In this document: one piece after another, positions 44,178-53,999 of the stretch
Layout: each line of letters begins with the position of its first letter
Position numbering within the stretch: position 1 is the first letter of the stretch
Assembly: GCA_023409835.1 (NCBI GenBank)
Contig: JAEYQV010000132.1
Coordinates: 8,330-72,329 of the forward strand
DNA from: Bacillota bacterium
Lineage (GTDB): Bacteria > Bacillota > Clostridia > Lachnospirales > Lachnospiraceae
DNA: 64,000 nt
Reading direction: 5' to 3'
Program-made: the position numbers and the translations under genes
Notes under the pieces: model-generated
Seen by the model: the letters and a program-made list of their open reading frames with translations, nothing else
Told to the model about the DNA's origin: nothing
The model's database searches: none

Positions 44178-45623
44178 CTATACCCTAGCAAGCTTCATCA
44201 GTGATCTCTGATCTGCCTGAAAGCTAACATCATCGAACAGGGATAATTGTTTAAAGGTTATGTCCTTATCCACACCGAAGGGAAGCTGATCCTTCAGGGC
44301 CAATAGCTGCCTGGTGATAAAGTTCTCCTCCAGCTTAATCGGGTACATCATCCTGCCGTTACAGGTAATGAAGTATATTGCCCTCTTCAGCACAATACCT
44401 AACCGTTTCAGATCCTTATAATCCAGAGTAGCACTCTTTCTCGCCATAATAATCCTTTGTGCAGAATTCGTTCCGATACCCGGAACCCGCAGCAGAGTGT
44501 AATAATCCGCTTTATTTACTTCCACCGGAAAAAGCTCCAGATGACGCAAGGCCCAGTCACACTTTGGATCCAGAAATACATTGAAGTTCGGATTCTTCTC
44601 ATCCAGAAGCTCCATTGTCCGGAAACCGTAAAACCGTAATAACCAGTCAGCCTGATACAAACGGTGCTCTCTAAGCAGCGGCGGTCCCTCTAAGGTAGAA
44701 GGAAGTCTGCTGTCCTGATTCACGTTCATAAATGCAGAATAAAATACTCTCTTCAAATCAAAATTATCATACAGTGCTTCCGATACCGACATAATCTGGT
44801 AGTCACTTTCCTTCGTGGCACCGATAATCATCTGTGTGCTCTGTCCTGCAGGAACATACCTGCGGTGTATCAGCGGGCTCTTCTGATAAGGAACCATACC
44901 GGTTCCGGAAGTAACAATCTCCTTAATATCCATATCTTCCTGTTCGTTCATAATGATCTGCTTTCGAGCGGAGATCGTCTTATCCGCAATACCCAGCAGC
45001 TCTCTGCTGTTCTCCCGTCTTAACTGAATCTGACGGATCGGCTTCAGTATATTCTTGCGACTCTTATGAGGAGCCAGCTCCTTCAGGCTTTCCGCCGTTG
45101 GCAGCTCCAGATTGATGCTCATACGGTCTGCATACCAGCCTAAAACCTCGATCAGGGCAGGATCTGCTCCGGGAATTGCTTTACAGTGGATATAGCCGTT
45201 AAAATGATGGACCTCCCGCAGCATCCTGAGGGCTTCCAGAATCAGTTCCATCGTATGATTCGGACTTACTAAGATCCCGGAGCTCAAGAACAGTCCCTCA
45301 ATGTAATTCCTGCGGTAAAATTCCATTGTCAGCTCGCAGATCTCCTCAGGAGTAAAGGAGGCTCTGACCACATCATTGGAGGATCTGTTCGCACAGTACT
45401 TACAATCGAAGATACATTCATTCGTAAACAATACCTTAAGCAGGGAGATGCACCTACCGTCAGCAGAAAAGCTATGACAAATTCCACAAGCCAGACTATT
45501 ACCCATGCCGCTCTGATTCCCCTTACGATCGACACCGCTGGAGGTACAGGCTACATCATACTTTGCTGCATCCGACAGAATCTCAAGCTTCCTCTGAATT
45601 GTCATATTCTCCTGAATAACCAT
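44178..45623 (-). CDS. TIGR03916-family putative DNA modification/repair radical SAM protein
   Basis: LSDAAKYDVAC, GICHSF..DGRCISLLK, CIFDCKYC, REHRLYQADWL, HhH LLRVPGIG, C-terminal QLSLF. Confidence 0.92.
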   Translation of the reverse strand: MVIQENMTIQRKLEILSDAAKYDVACTSSGVDRKGNQSGMGNSLACGICHSFSADGRCISLLKVLFTNECIFDCKYCANRSSNDVVRASFTPEEICELTMEFYRRNYIEGLFLSSGILVSPNHTMELILEALRMLREVHHFNGYIHCKAIPGADPALIEVLGWYADRMSINLELPTAESLKELAPHKSRKNILKPIRQIQLRRENSRELLGIADKTISARKQIIMNEQEDMDIKEIVTSGTGMVPYQKSPLIHRRYVPAGQSTQMIIGATKESDYQIMSVSEALYDNFDLKRVFYSAFMNVNQDSRLPSTLEGPPLLREHRLYQADWLLRFYGFRTMELLDEKNPNFNVFLDPKCDWALRHLELFPVEVNKADYYTLLRVPGIGTNSAQRIIMARKSATLDYKDLKRLGIVLKRAIYFITCNGRMMYPIKLEENFITRQLLALKDQLPFGVDKDITFKQLSLFDDVSFQADQRSLMKLARV

Positions 45624-45637
45624 AGGTTTGCCTCCGT

Positions 45638-45713
45638 ATACAAACATTTGTTCTTATATCATTCTACCAAATCAGTGCCGTCAAGTCAATACAAAATACA
45701 AACATTTGTTCTT
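45638..45713 (-). promoter_or_regulatory. SOS promoter: two identical LexA (Cheo) boxes flanking a sigma-A promoter
   Basis: ATACAAACATTTGTTCTT at 45638-45655 and 45696-45713 (AGAAC-AAAT-GTTTG on -); TTGACT(45689-45684)-N17-TAGAAT(45666-45661). Confidence 0.85.
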
Positions 45714-45758
45714 TGGATTTTATAGTAGATATTTCACATTTTTTAATACGGAATCTGA

Positions 45759-45787
45759 TTGACAACAGGTAACCCTAATGATAAAAT
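45759..45787 (+). promoter_or_regulatory. sigma-A promoter ~250 nt upstream of the EAL gene
   Basis: TTGACA-N17-TAAAAT with a TG extension. Confidence 0.7.
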
Positions 45788-46042
45788 CTAATATTGTGTA
45801 ATTACAGTAAATATTCTGGTATTTTTACCAGTTTAATATAATATTCCCCATAATATCCATGCAACAACCCCTACACTTTTTACCTATCTGCTTCCTAGTT
45901 AGTGCTGACTGCCACCCGGTAAATTGACAACGTTTCGTCTGACTATTGTAATCTGTTGCAGGCAACGCCCGTAACAAGGCTGCGAAGGATTTCGTTACCA
46001 AGGTTCCGAATTCGGAGTGTTTTATTGATTTAAGGAGTACTA

Positions 46043-48286
46043 ATGAATAAAAAATATCAGGAGTTTATCAACTTTCGTAGACGTGGAATGATGGTTGTCT
46101 ATTTATTTTGCATTGCTTTTTTTCTTTTATTAATCCCTCTGGTGATTTTAACTCTGCAGCATAACCCCATTAAGAAAGTGAATTTTATCTTAATAATATT
46201 CAGCACAATCTGCTTATTGCTTTCGTTCATTCAAATGTTCAGAAACTATCTATATGTCAATAAGCTCGAGACAACCCTGTTGAATAATTACGATAATTCG
46301 GATGCGAAAAAGTATCAGCTCTTTAATCAGCTGTTGGATGAAAACCTTTTCCTATACCATTTCCAACCGATTGTAAATGCCAAGACGGGTGAAGTCTTTG
46401 CCTATGAAGCTTTGATGAGGACTGATGATAAAATTAATATGTCACCTGTGGAAATCCTTGATTTTGCGGTCAGGGAAAACCGTCTTTATGATATTGAGAA
46501 ATTAACTCTATTCAATGCCTTGAAGATCATGAAGGATTACCAGGAAACCTTCGGTTCTAAAAAGCTTTTTATCAACAGCATCTCGAATCATCTTCTGAAG
46601 GATGAGGATTTTGATGTATTATATAAGCAGTATGGCACATTATTTAAGAATGTAGTCCTGGAAATCACAGAGTCAGCCCTGATTGATGATGACGGAATTA
46701 AAGCCATCCGCAAAAGACTGCAGAACGCCAACTTCCAGCTGGCTTTGGATGATTACGGTGCCGGCTATTCCAACGAATCCCTTCTCCTGAATACTACTCC
46801 GAATTTTATTAAGATTGACCAGCTAATCCTACGAAACATCAACCTTGATACCAAGAAGCAGCATCTGGTTTCCAATATCGTCAGCTTTGCCCGAAATAAT
46901 CATGTAAAAACGATAGCAGAAGGAATTGAGACCTATGAGGAATTTATCTATGTAATCAAGCTTGGTGTGGATTATATTCAGGGCTTTTACACCGGCCGTC
47001 CCAACCCAATGCTGCTGCAGACCATACCGGATGAATGTCTGGAAACGGTTTCGGCCTTAAGTAAGGATGAGGTTCATGGTTCCATGCTCAGCAAGACCTA
47101 TGAGACCAGAAGTGATACAACGGTATTGTCCTTGGAAGCATTTGCCCTCGACCAATATTCCGATCTGCTGATTCAGAACAAGGATATTATCCTGCAGGGA
47201 AATCCGGATATCGTAACCAATATAAAAATACATATCGCAGATAACTTGAAATGCTGTATTACACTGGATAAGGTTCGACTAAAAGCCAACGATCCTGTGA
47301 TAGCTTTAGGGCATAACTGCAGTGTCATCTTAAAGCTTGTTGGGGATAATATCTTATATCAGGACGGCATCAGGGTTCCCGAATCCTCTGAATTGATTAT
47401 TACCGGAGATGGGAACTTAAATATCCAGACCAGCCGGAAGCTCGGTGTGGGAATCGGCGGCAGCTCGGAGCAGTCCTATGGCAATATTACTTTAGCCGGT
47501 ACAGGAAGCATCAAAATAAATAATAGCAGTGATCTATCTATCGGGATCGGTGGTGCACAGAATACCGGGAATTCCCTGATACACCTGTCCTCCGGTAATA
47601 TCGAGGTGGAAGTCGGCGGTTATCATGCTGTCGGTATCGGAAGCATATCGGGAAATGCAATTATCAAAATAGGAAAATGTAAATTGAAGATCACTTCTGT
47701 TGCTACGAAAGCAGTTGCGATTGGATGTCTGATGGGTCCTGTAAATATCGCAACCAGCGGTATGCTCGATATCCGCTGCGAAGGCCGCAATACCGTTTCC
47801 ATAGGAACTCTCGAAAATGGGGTGGGCTGTGTGACCGTCCAGGACGGATCGATCAGCATAAGCTATAATGCCCATAGCGGAGCGGGGATCGGCGGAATTG
47901 ACGGCAGCATTAACATCATCCTTCAGAATGGGGACATTGATATCTACGCGGAGGGTTCCGATATCGTCGGCATCGGAGATTATACCGGAACCGGCACAAT
48001 CCAGATCTTCCATGGTATCATAACCGCTGTATTAAAGGCTTCTCAACCTGTGACCATCGGGAATTCAGATAAGCTGGTTGTCATTGACGGAGGCAATATT
48101 CTATGTGATATTCCGGAAGACATATCGGTTGTAAATTCCTTAGGCATCCCCTTAAATGCCAAGCTTATCACCGATACCGATTACTTTCATCGTACCATTG
48201 ATACCAAGAACGGCTCCTATGACTACCGGGCTGAGCGAAATGACCGATGTAAAATAATCAGAGTGTATCTTCCTGAGAATTATTGA
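46043..48286 (+). CDS. EAL phosphodiesterase with 2 TM and a C-terminal Gly/Ile beta-helix repeat domain
   Basis: YEALMR, LEITE, LDDYGAGYSN, IKID, AEGIET, QGFY; then repeats such as GVGIGG, SIGIGG, AVGIGS, GAGIGG, VGIGD. Confidence 0.85.
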   Translation: MNKKYQEFINFRRRGMMVVYLFCIAFFLLLIPLVILTLQHNPIKKVNFILIIFSTICLLLSFIQMFRNYLYVNKLETTLLNNYDNSDAKKYQLFNQLLDENLFLYHFQPIVNAKTGEVFAYEALMRTDDKINMSPVEILDFAVRENRLYDIEKLTLFNALKIMKDYQETFGSKKLFINSISNHLLKDEDFDVLYKQYGTLFKNVVLEITESALIDDDGIKAIRKRLQNANFQLALDDYGAGYSNESLLLNTTPNFIKIDQLILRNINLDTKKQHLVSNIVSFARNNHVKTIAEGIETYEEFIYVIKLGVDYIQGFYTGRPNPMLLQTIPDECLETVSALSKDEVHGSMLSKTYETRSDTTVLSLEAFALDQYSDLLIQNKDIILQGNPDIVTNIKIHIADNLKCCITLDKVRLKANDPVIALGHNCSVILKLVGDNILYQDGIRVPESSELIITGDGNLNIQTSRKLGVGIGGSSEQSYGNITLAGTGSIKINNSSDLSIGIGGAQNTGNSLIHLSSGNIEVEVGGYHAVGIGSISGNAIIKIGKCKLKITSVATKAVAIGCLMGPVNIATSGMLDIRCEGRNTVSIGTLENGVGCVTVQDGSISISYNAHSGAGIGGIDGSINIILQNGDIDIYAEGSDIVGIGDYTGTGTIQIFHGIITAVLKASQPVTIGNSDKLVVIDGGNILCDIPEDISVVNSLGIPLNAKLITDTDYFHRTIDTKNGSYDYRAERNDRCKIIRVYLPENY

Positions 48287-48409
48287 ATACCATTAACATA
48301 CTAAGTACCAAGTATTACCTGTCTGATATATTATGAGAGCCAGCCTTCCTTTGCCTGAGCGCAGATTGAATATTCCATGAAACAAAACGATAAATATTGC
48401 ACTTGTCAG

Positions 48410-48445
48410 AACCGGATTGTCTGCCAATGGCAGCCAACCGCCAAT
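48410..48445 (+). repeat. Dispersed palindromic element, copy 4
   Basis: AACCGGATTGTCTGCCAATGGCAGCCAACCGCCAAT, followed by long hairpins at 48450-48499 and 48520-48545. Confidence 0.85.
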
Positions 48446-48553
48446 CAAACAGGGTGCCAGCTGATTACTTATAAATGAAAGTAATCAGCCGGCACCCTGC
48501 CTCTTATTTAGAGATTTTACGGTAGCTGTGTCGGCACAGCTACCGGTATAATA

Positions 48554-50134
48554 CTATTGCTCTATATACTCGAAATAATCAAAATCTGCTTCCTTTCTTT
48601 GCCCGGAAAGGTCCTGACAGCATAAACCGACGAAGGCACCGGTGAAACGGTTCGGTTCCGTATATTCATCCGATAGGATACTGGCGTCAAACACCGTTCC
48701 GATCCTCAGCCATTCCATACCATCCTTGGAATAATAGAACTGCAGGAGATGGTAATCCACTTCCACCTTAAGATAACATCTGTCCCATCCATTAATCACT
48801 ATCTTCTCGGTAATCGGCTCATCAAATACACCGGCATCCCTTTTTAAAATATCAATTATTTTTCCCTTATCCTCTAGCCAGGTGATATGCAGGTAATAAA
48901 AATTATGATTATCATACAGCGTTACCAAGCCGGCCATCTGCTGGAACTGCTCCGGCTTAAATTCAACAGCCGTAGCTGCAGTATAACGGAAGGCCTGCTG
49001 GCGTCGGGCAACAAGACTTTGATGAAATCTGGAGCCCAGGGATTCGCTCCCCCGTAATCGGAGGTACCCCGGCCGCTCCTTCAGAGTGAGATAATCCTCT
49101 GTAAGCGGTATCCTGAGGGTCTGAAAGTGAAGGCTCAGCTCCTCGCTGTCAAAATCATCCCTGACCGGTTCCTCCTCCCATATGACTTCCTGAAGCTTTG
49201 GTGCCGGCACTTCTACCTGGGGCTTATTTCCTCCTGCTTCAAGATAAATCCAGTCATCCTCCTTCCACACAAATTTTTGAAGTGAAGTCTCCCTGCCAAG
49301 AATACAGCGACCTCTGGAGGGGAGCGGTCTGCCGCAGAGATGAGCCATATACCATTCCCCGGTCTGTGTCTCTACCAGGCTACCATGTCCTGCTCTCTGG
49401 AGCTGAAGGGAAGGATCCTGCCAGGAGGTTAAGATGGGATTCTCCGGATGGACCTCATAAGGGCCCTCCAGATTTCTGGACCGTGCAAAGGTAACCGCAT
49501 GCTTGAAGCGGGTCCCACCTTCTGCTGTCAGCAGATAATAATATCCGTTTCTCTTGTACAGATGAGGTCCTTCTACTAACCCTAATTCCGTTCCTTTGAA
49601 TATATTTGTAATCGGTCCAACCAACTGCTTCTCCTGAACGGAGTATTCCTGGAGAACAATGCCGGCAAACTGATTTCTTCCTTTCCGATGATCCCATAGC
49701 TGGTTTACCAGCCACTTGCGGCCATCCTCATCATGGAACAGGGAGGGATCAAAACCGCTGCTGTTAAGAAAGATTGGCTCCGACCATTCTCCGGTAATAT
49801 CTGTTGTTGTGACCAGATAGTTATGGAGATCTCTTGCACTGCCATAGGTCCATAGCTTGACATTTGTATAAATAAGATAGAATACACCCTTGTCATAGGA
49901 TAAGCAGGGTGCCCATACTCCTTCGGAGCTGGCGGCTCCCTGCATATTGAGCTGGGAGATTCTATTTAACGGGTGGGCAATCAGCTTCCAGTGAATCAGA
50001 TCCCTGGAATGATGAATCTGCACTCCCGGAAACCATTCAAAGGTTGAGGTTGCAATATAGTAGTCATCTCCTACTCTTAGGATTGACGGATCGGGATTGA
50101 ATCCCTTTAAAACCGGATTATTGATTGAACCCAT
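48554..50134 (-). CDS. GH43 beta-xylosidase/arabinofuranosidase (XynB-like)
   Basis: NPVLKGFNPDPS, ATSTFEWFPG, WAPC, FDPSLFHD, EGPHLYK, C-terminal FTGAFVG. Confidence 0.92.
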   Translation of the reverse strand: MGSINNPVLKGFNPDPSILRVGDDYYIATSTFEWFPGVQIHHSRDLIHWKLIAHPLNRISQLNMQGAASSEGVWAPCLSYDKGVFYLIYTNVKLWTYGSARDLHNYLVTTTDITGEWSEPIFLNSSGFDPSLFHDEDGRKWLVNQLWDHRKGRNQFAGIVLQEYSVQEKQLVGPITNIFKGTELGLVEGPHLYKRNGYYYLLTAEGGTRFKHAVTFARSRNLEGPYEVHPENPILTSWQDPSLQLQRAGHGSLVETQTGEWYMAHLCGRPLPSRGRCILGRETSLQKFVWKEDDWIYLEAGGNKPQVEVPAPKLQEVIWEEEPVRDDFDSEELSLHFQTLRIPLTEDYLTLKERPGYLRLRGSESLGSRFHQSLVARRQQAFRYTAATAVEFKPEQFQQMAGLVTLYDNHNFYYLHITWLEDKGKIIDILKRDAGVFDEPITEKIVINGWDRCYLKVEVDYHLLQFYYSKDGMEWLRIGTVFDASILSDEYTEPNRFTGAFVGLCCQDLSGQRKEADFDYFEYIEQ

Positions 50135-50458
50135 TCTATTCCTCCTTCCAGTTATGTAAGCATACCTCCTACCATATCCTAACGGTACCGCATTTCAAGC
50201 CTGTACCTTAGTTAAAGGCTGATACGGCAGCCAGGCTTTGGGAACACCCCTCTGTTTTTGGGTATAAGGATGCCATCGTTCCGATAGTCGGAGCGATGGC
50301 ACTAATAAGGGAGTGGTACTAACCAGTAGCTTCATTATATATGATATCTCCGTGTTCGATAAGATAGAAGAATCGTAAACCCGGCGAGCGGAACTCTTCG
50401 TATCTACTCCCTGCCGGTTGTAATATACATGCAACTAATACTACCGGCAGCTTATCAA

Positions 50459-51634
50459 TCAGTAGGCCTGCTGTCTTTTCCTCTTGGTGATAACCATAAC
50501 GATTGTAATAATCGCTGCGGTGAAGCCCAGCTGGATTGCCAAATATCCGGCTACCTCAGATAGATTCTTGTAGGTGTAGCTGGTTAAATCGGCAATGGTA
50601 TTGTTCGCCTTCACATACCAGTAGGCCGGTGTGAAGCTGGCAACCTTTAATACGGGGTCGCCCATGAACTGCTGCGGAACAAACATACCGCTCATGAAGG
50701 CCAGACCTAAGGAAAGCATCGTCGAAAGCGCCTGGACCGCATTTTTGGATTTTACTGTAATTCCAATCAGGTAGCTGATGCTTAATACTGTGAATGAGAA
50801 CAATAATACATTGATCATTATCAGTACCATACCAAGGTCAAACCTCCGGAAGGGATTGCAGATATAGCCTGCAAGCGGGAATACCACCAGATAGCAGAGG
50901 ACGAAAATCAGGTTAGCAAAAATCAGCTGTGCGGTATAGCTCCTTGTAGTGATGGGAGAAGCCGCATGCTTTCTCCTGATGTCAAGACCCTGGAAGGATA
51001 GCATAACGGTACTGACTCCAAGGATAAAACAGGTAATCAGGATATACCCCAGATAGTTAAAGTAGTATTTATTGAATTCTCCCGCATTCAGGTCGACTTT
51101 CTTATTCTTCACCTCAAGAGTAACCGGCGTATTCTCCTTCAGGGTATTCCCAATATTTTCATTCAGTTCCTCAATACTGCTGCCGTCATTATATTTTATA
51201 TACAGCCTCGCTGCATTTAAGTAATTATCAATGGCTGCATCGACTGCAACCGTATCAATGGAGCCCGGTACGGTCTGCTTGGTCAGTGACACCTCCTGTC
51301 CTGACAGAAGTTTTTCTGTAAAGCCCTCCTGAATAGTAAGAATATAAGTTACCTTCCTGCTGAACAGGGCATCCCTTCTGTCACTCTCACTATCTCCGAT
51401 CTTTTGATAGGATACATACTGATCCAGATACGTAAGGAAGCTGTCTACAAAGCTGCTGCCCCGATCCTCATTTACAACTACCGCAGGTACCTTCTTGGCA
51501 CTGAACTTCTTGCTGTTATCCCGAAATAATGCTGTGGTAATCGCTATGGTAATGGCCAGGAACATAACCCCGTACAGGATAAGGGGAACCAGTCGCTTCT
51601 TCATGATTTTAAAATAGGTTTTAAATACTTGCAT
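50459..51634 (-). CDS. ABC-2 type exporter permease
   Basis: N-terminal TM, large extracellular loop, C-terminal TMs, FMSGMFVP. Confidence 0.88.
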   Translation of the reverse strand: MQVFKTYFKIMKKRLVPLILYGVMFLAITIAITTALFRDNSKKFSAKKVPAVVVNEDRGSSFVDSFLTYLDQYVSYQKIGDSESDRRDALFSRKVTYILTIQEGFTEKLLSGQEVSLTKQTVPGSIDTVAVDAAIDNYLNAARLYIKYNDGSSIEELNENIGNTLKENTPVTLEVKNKKVDLNAGEFNKYYFNYLGYILITCFILGVSTVMLSFQGLDIRRKHAASPITTRSYTAQLIFANLIFVLCYLVVFPLAGYICNPFRRFDLGMVLIMINVLLFSFTVLSISYLIGITVKSKNAVQALSTMLSLGLAFMSGMFVPQQFMGDPVLKVASFTPAYWYVKANNTIADLTSYTYKNLSEVAGYLAIQLGFTAAIITIVMVITKRKRQQAY

Positions 51635-52754
51635 AGGATTTCCTCCTTAACCCGAAATAGGATACCGTTCCCATCAGGAGAACCATAAAGCACAGAATGG
51701 CGGTATTCAACAAAAATCGGTCATAGGTATCATAATAGTACAAGCTGTAAAAGGAATCCGCTACCAGGCTGACCGGGTTAATATAGTTTAAAAACGGTGC
51801 CTTTGTGGCGACGAAATATTTCATATCCGCTAGCATCAGCCCTGATAGAAAAGATCCTACCATAACGATGGAGGTCAAAACCGCTTGCTTCACATTCTCC
51901 TTCTTCTTGATCAGTACTCCAACGACCGCTCCCAGTAAAAGTCCTGTCAGGGAGCCTAACATACAATTGGCAAAGATAAAGAATATATTACTGCCGAATT
52001 TCACCTTAAGTACAACATCCATATAAACGAATAACAGGATGATACTTATGACATGAATTGTATAGGATGCCAGCATATTACTGATGAAAAGCTTCATCTT
52101 ACTGACCGGGGAGACATTGACTCTTGCTCCTCTGACAGATTGATCCGCCTGGATATTTATGACCTCCTCCAGTCCCCAGTTTGACGCAAACAAACAGGTC
52201 ATTGCAAGCAGTGCATAGAAATAGATCAGGACGGCATCGGGGTTCTTCTCATTTACCTTCTCTTCCACAAAGCTCTGTGACTGCATCAGCTCCTGCATCA
52301 GCCCCTGATTCAGAGCCTCCGGATTCCCGGTCAGTATGGTCTGTGTCGTGACTGTCATTCTCCGATAGCTGTCCAGGAAGGTCTTCAGAATGGTTTCGTT
52401 CATTCCGCTGCCCTTGACAAACAGCTCAGGCTCTGTGCTGCCGACGATATAAGCCTTTATTTTACCATCCTCCAGCATTTCGGAGGCTTCCTCCTTACTG
52501 CAATAGGTTACGGTAAACATCTTTTTGTCATTGTCAATCACTGTCTGCTCCAGCACTTCCTTCAAAACATCCTGCTCATCACCTGTATTGACATAGGCAA
52601 TCTTAATCGTCTCAAAGGACTCCACCGTCCAGAGATTCGTAAATGCAAAGTAGAAGCAGGTTGAAAGGAGAATCGGAAACAGATAGTTCCAGAACATATT
52701 CTCTTTATTCCTTACCAGGCATTTTAGCCTGGCTTTATATAATCTAAAGCTCAT
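51621..52754 (-). CDS. ABC-2 type exporter permease
   Basis: FWNYLFPILL, extracellular loop, FLSGLM, INPV. Confidence 0.88.
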   Translation of the reverse strand: MSFRLYKARLKCLVRNKENMFWNYLFPILLSTCFYFAFTNLWTVESFETIKIAYVNTGDEQDVLKEVLEQTVIDNDKKMFTVTYCSKEEASEMLEDGKIKAYIVGSTEPELFVKGSGMNETILKTFLDSYRRMTVTTQTILTGNPEALNQGLMQELMQSQSFVEEKVNEKNPDAVLIYFYALLAMTCLFASNWGLEEVINIQADQSVRGARVNVSPVSKMKLFISNMLASYTIHVISIILLFVYMDVVLKVKFGSNIFFIFANCMLGSLTGLLLGAVVGVLIKKKENVKQAVLTSIVMVGSFLSGLMLADMKYFVATKAPFLNYINPVSLVADSFYSLYYYDTYDRFLLNTAILCFMVLLMGTVSYFGLRRKSYASI

Positions 52755-52784
52755 AATTACCCACCTTTCATAATGTCAATAAAC

Positions 52785-53717
52785 TCAATCCCTCAGCTCT
52801 TTGCCTGTGATTTCAAGGAATACATCGTTTAATGTAGGTAGCTCTGTAATTACCCTGCCGAAGTTGATGTTTTGTTCAGACATAAAATGGAGCACCTGTA
52901 CCAAATTGTTCTTACCCCTGCCCGATTTCACTTCCAGAAGATTATCATGGTATTCTACGGAGTAGATATTGGGCATACTCTTTAGCTCTTTTAACTGCTG
53001 GTCAGTAACCTGATAAGCTTCAATCGTTATCTTCTCTCCTATCGAAATCATCGCTTTCAGCTCTTCCTTTGTTCCCTGCGCAATAACCTTACCTTTATCA
53101 ATGATTGCTATATTACTGCAAAGCTGCTCCACTTCCTCCATATAATGGGAGGTATAGATGATGGTAGCACCTTCTTCATTCAGCTTCTTGATTCCCTCCA
53201 GTATCTTATTTCTGCTCTGAGGATCAACGGCTACGGTTGGTTCATCCAGGATAATCAGCTTCGGTTTATGGACAATACCGCAGGCGATATTCAATCTTCT
53301 TAATAATCCTCCGCTTAATTTCTTCGGATAGAACTTTCGGTATTCCTCCAGCGATACGAATCCAATCGCTTCCTCCGTCAGTCGTTTCACCTCTGCAGGA
53401 TCCTTGATATACAGACTGCAGAAATACGAGATATTTTCATATACGGTCAACTCATCAAAAACTGCAACATTTTGCATAATAATGCCGATATCCTTCTTAA
53501 TATGATAAGCATCCGGTCCCATCGGCTTTCCGAAGACCTCAATCGTTCCTTTATCATATTTGAGTAATGACAGGATACAGTTAATCGCAGTGGTCTTACC
53601 GGAACCGTTAGGACCCAGCAGTCCAAAGATCTCACCCTCCTTTACCTCCAGATCCAGATAATCCAAAGCGATCAGTTTATCATATCTCTTTACTAATCCT
53701 TCTACTTTTACTATCAT
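52785..53717 (-). CDS. ABC exporter ATP-binding subunit (LnrL/YfiL-like)
   Basis: GPNGSGKT, LSGG, ILDEPTVAVDPQSR, SHYMEE, LEITGKELRD. Confidence 0.93.
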   Translation of the reverse strand: MIVKVEGLVKRYDKLIALDYLDLEVKEGEIFGLLGPNGSGKTTAINCILSLLKYDKGTIEVFGKPMGPDAYHIKKDIGIIMQNVAVFDELTVYENISYFCSLYIKDPAEVKRLTEEAIGFVSLEEYRKFYPKKLSGGLLRRLNIACGIVHKPKLIILDEPTVAVDPQSRNKILEGIKKLNEEGATIIYTSHYMEEVEQLCSNIAIIDKGKVIAQGTKEELKAMISIGEKITIEAYQVTDQQLKELKSMPNIYSVEYHDNLLEVKSGRGKNNLVQVLHFMSEQNINFGRVITELPTLNDVFLEITGKELRD

Positions 53718-53792
53718 AATTAGCCTCCTTACCTTATTCATACTTTATTGTAACCTATGATAATACTATAATAAATTTGGAAGCATATTGTA

Positions 53793-53830
53793 AGTGTAAT
53801 GCGTCACGAGCTCCAATGACAAATGTCATT
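53793..53830. promoter_or_regulatory. Tandem 7-2-7 NarL-family operator
   Basis: Perfect AATGACA-AA-TGTCATT at 53815-53830 and degenerate AGTGTAA-TG-CGTCACG 22 bp away; -10 TATAGT at 53770-53765 with a weak -35. Confidence 0.7.
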
Positions 53831-53999
53831 CCTTTATCATGAAGGCTGAACCATCTCACGATACCATCTGTTTGCTTACTTCCAAAGAAGCTGACTATGT
53901 AGGCTTTGCTACGATAAAAAGCTCATGATGATACCGGAAGGCCTTATACTTAGCCTCTTCGGTATACTTCATGAGCTTCTTGCAAAGAAGGAATTAATA

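Noticed and set aside
45788..46042. c-di-GMP riboswitch before the EAL gene
   Set aside because: The class I (GGCAAAC...GAAA...GCAAAG) and class II hallmarks were not found by eye; kept only as an unknown leader.
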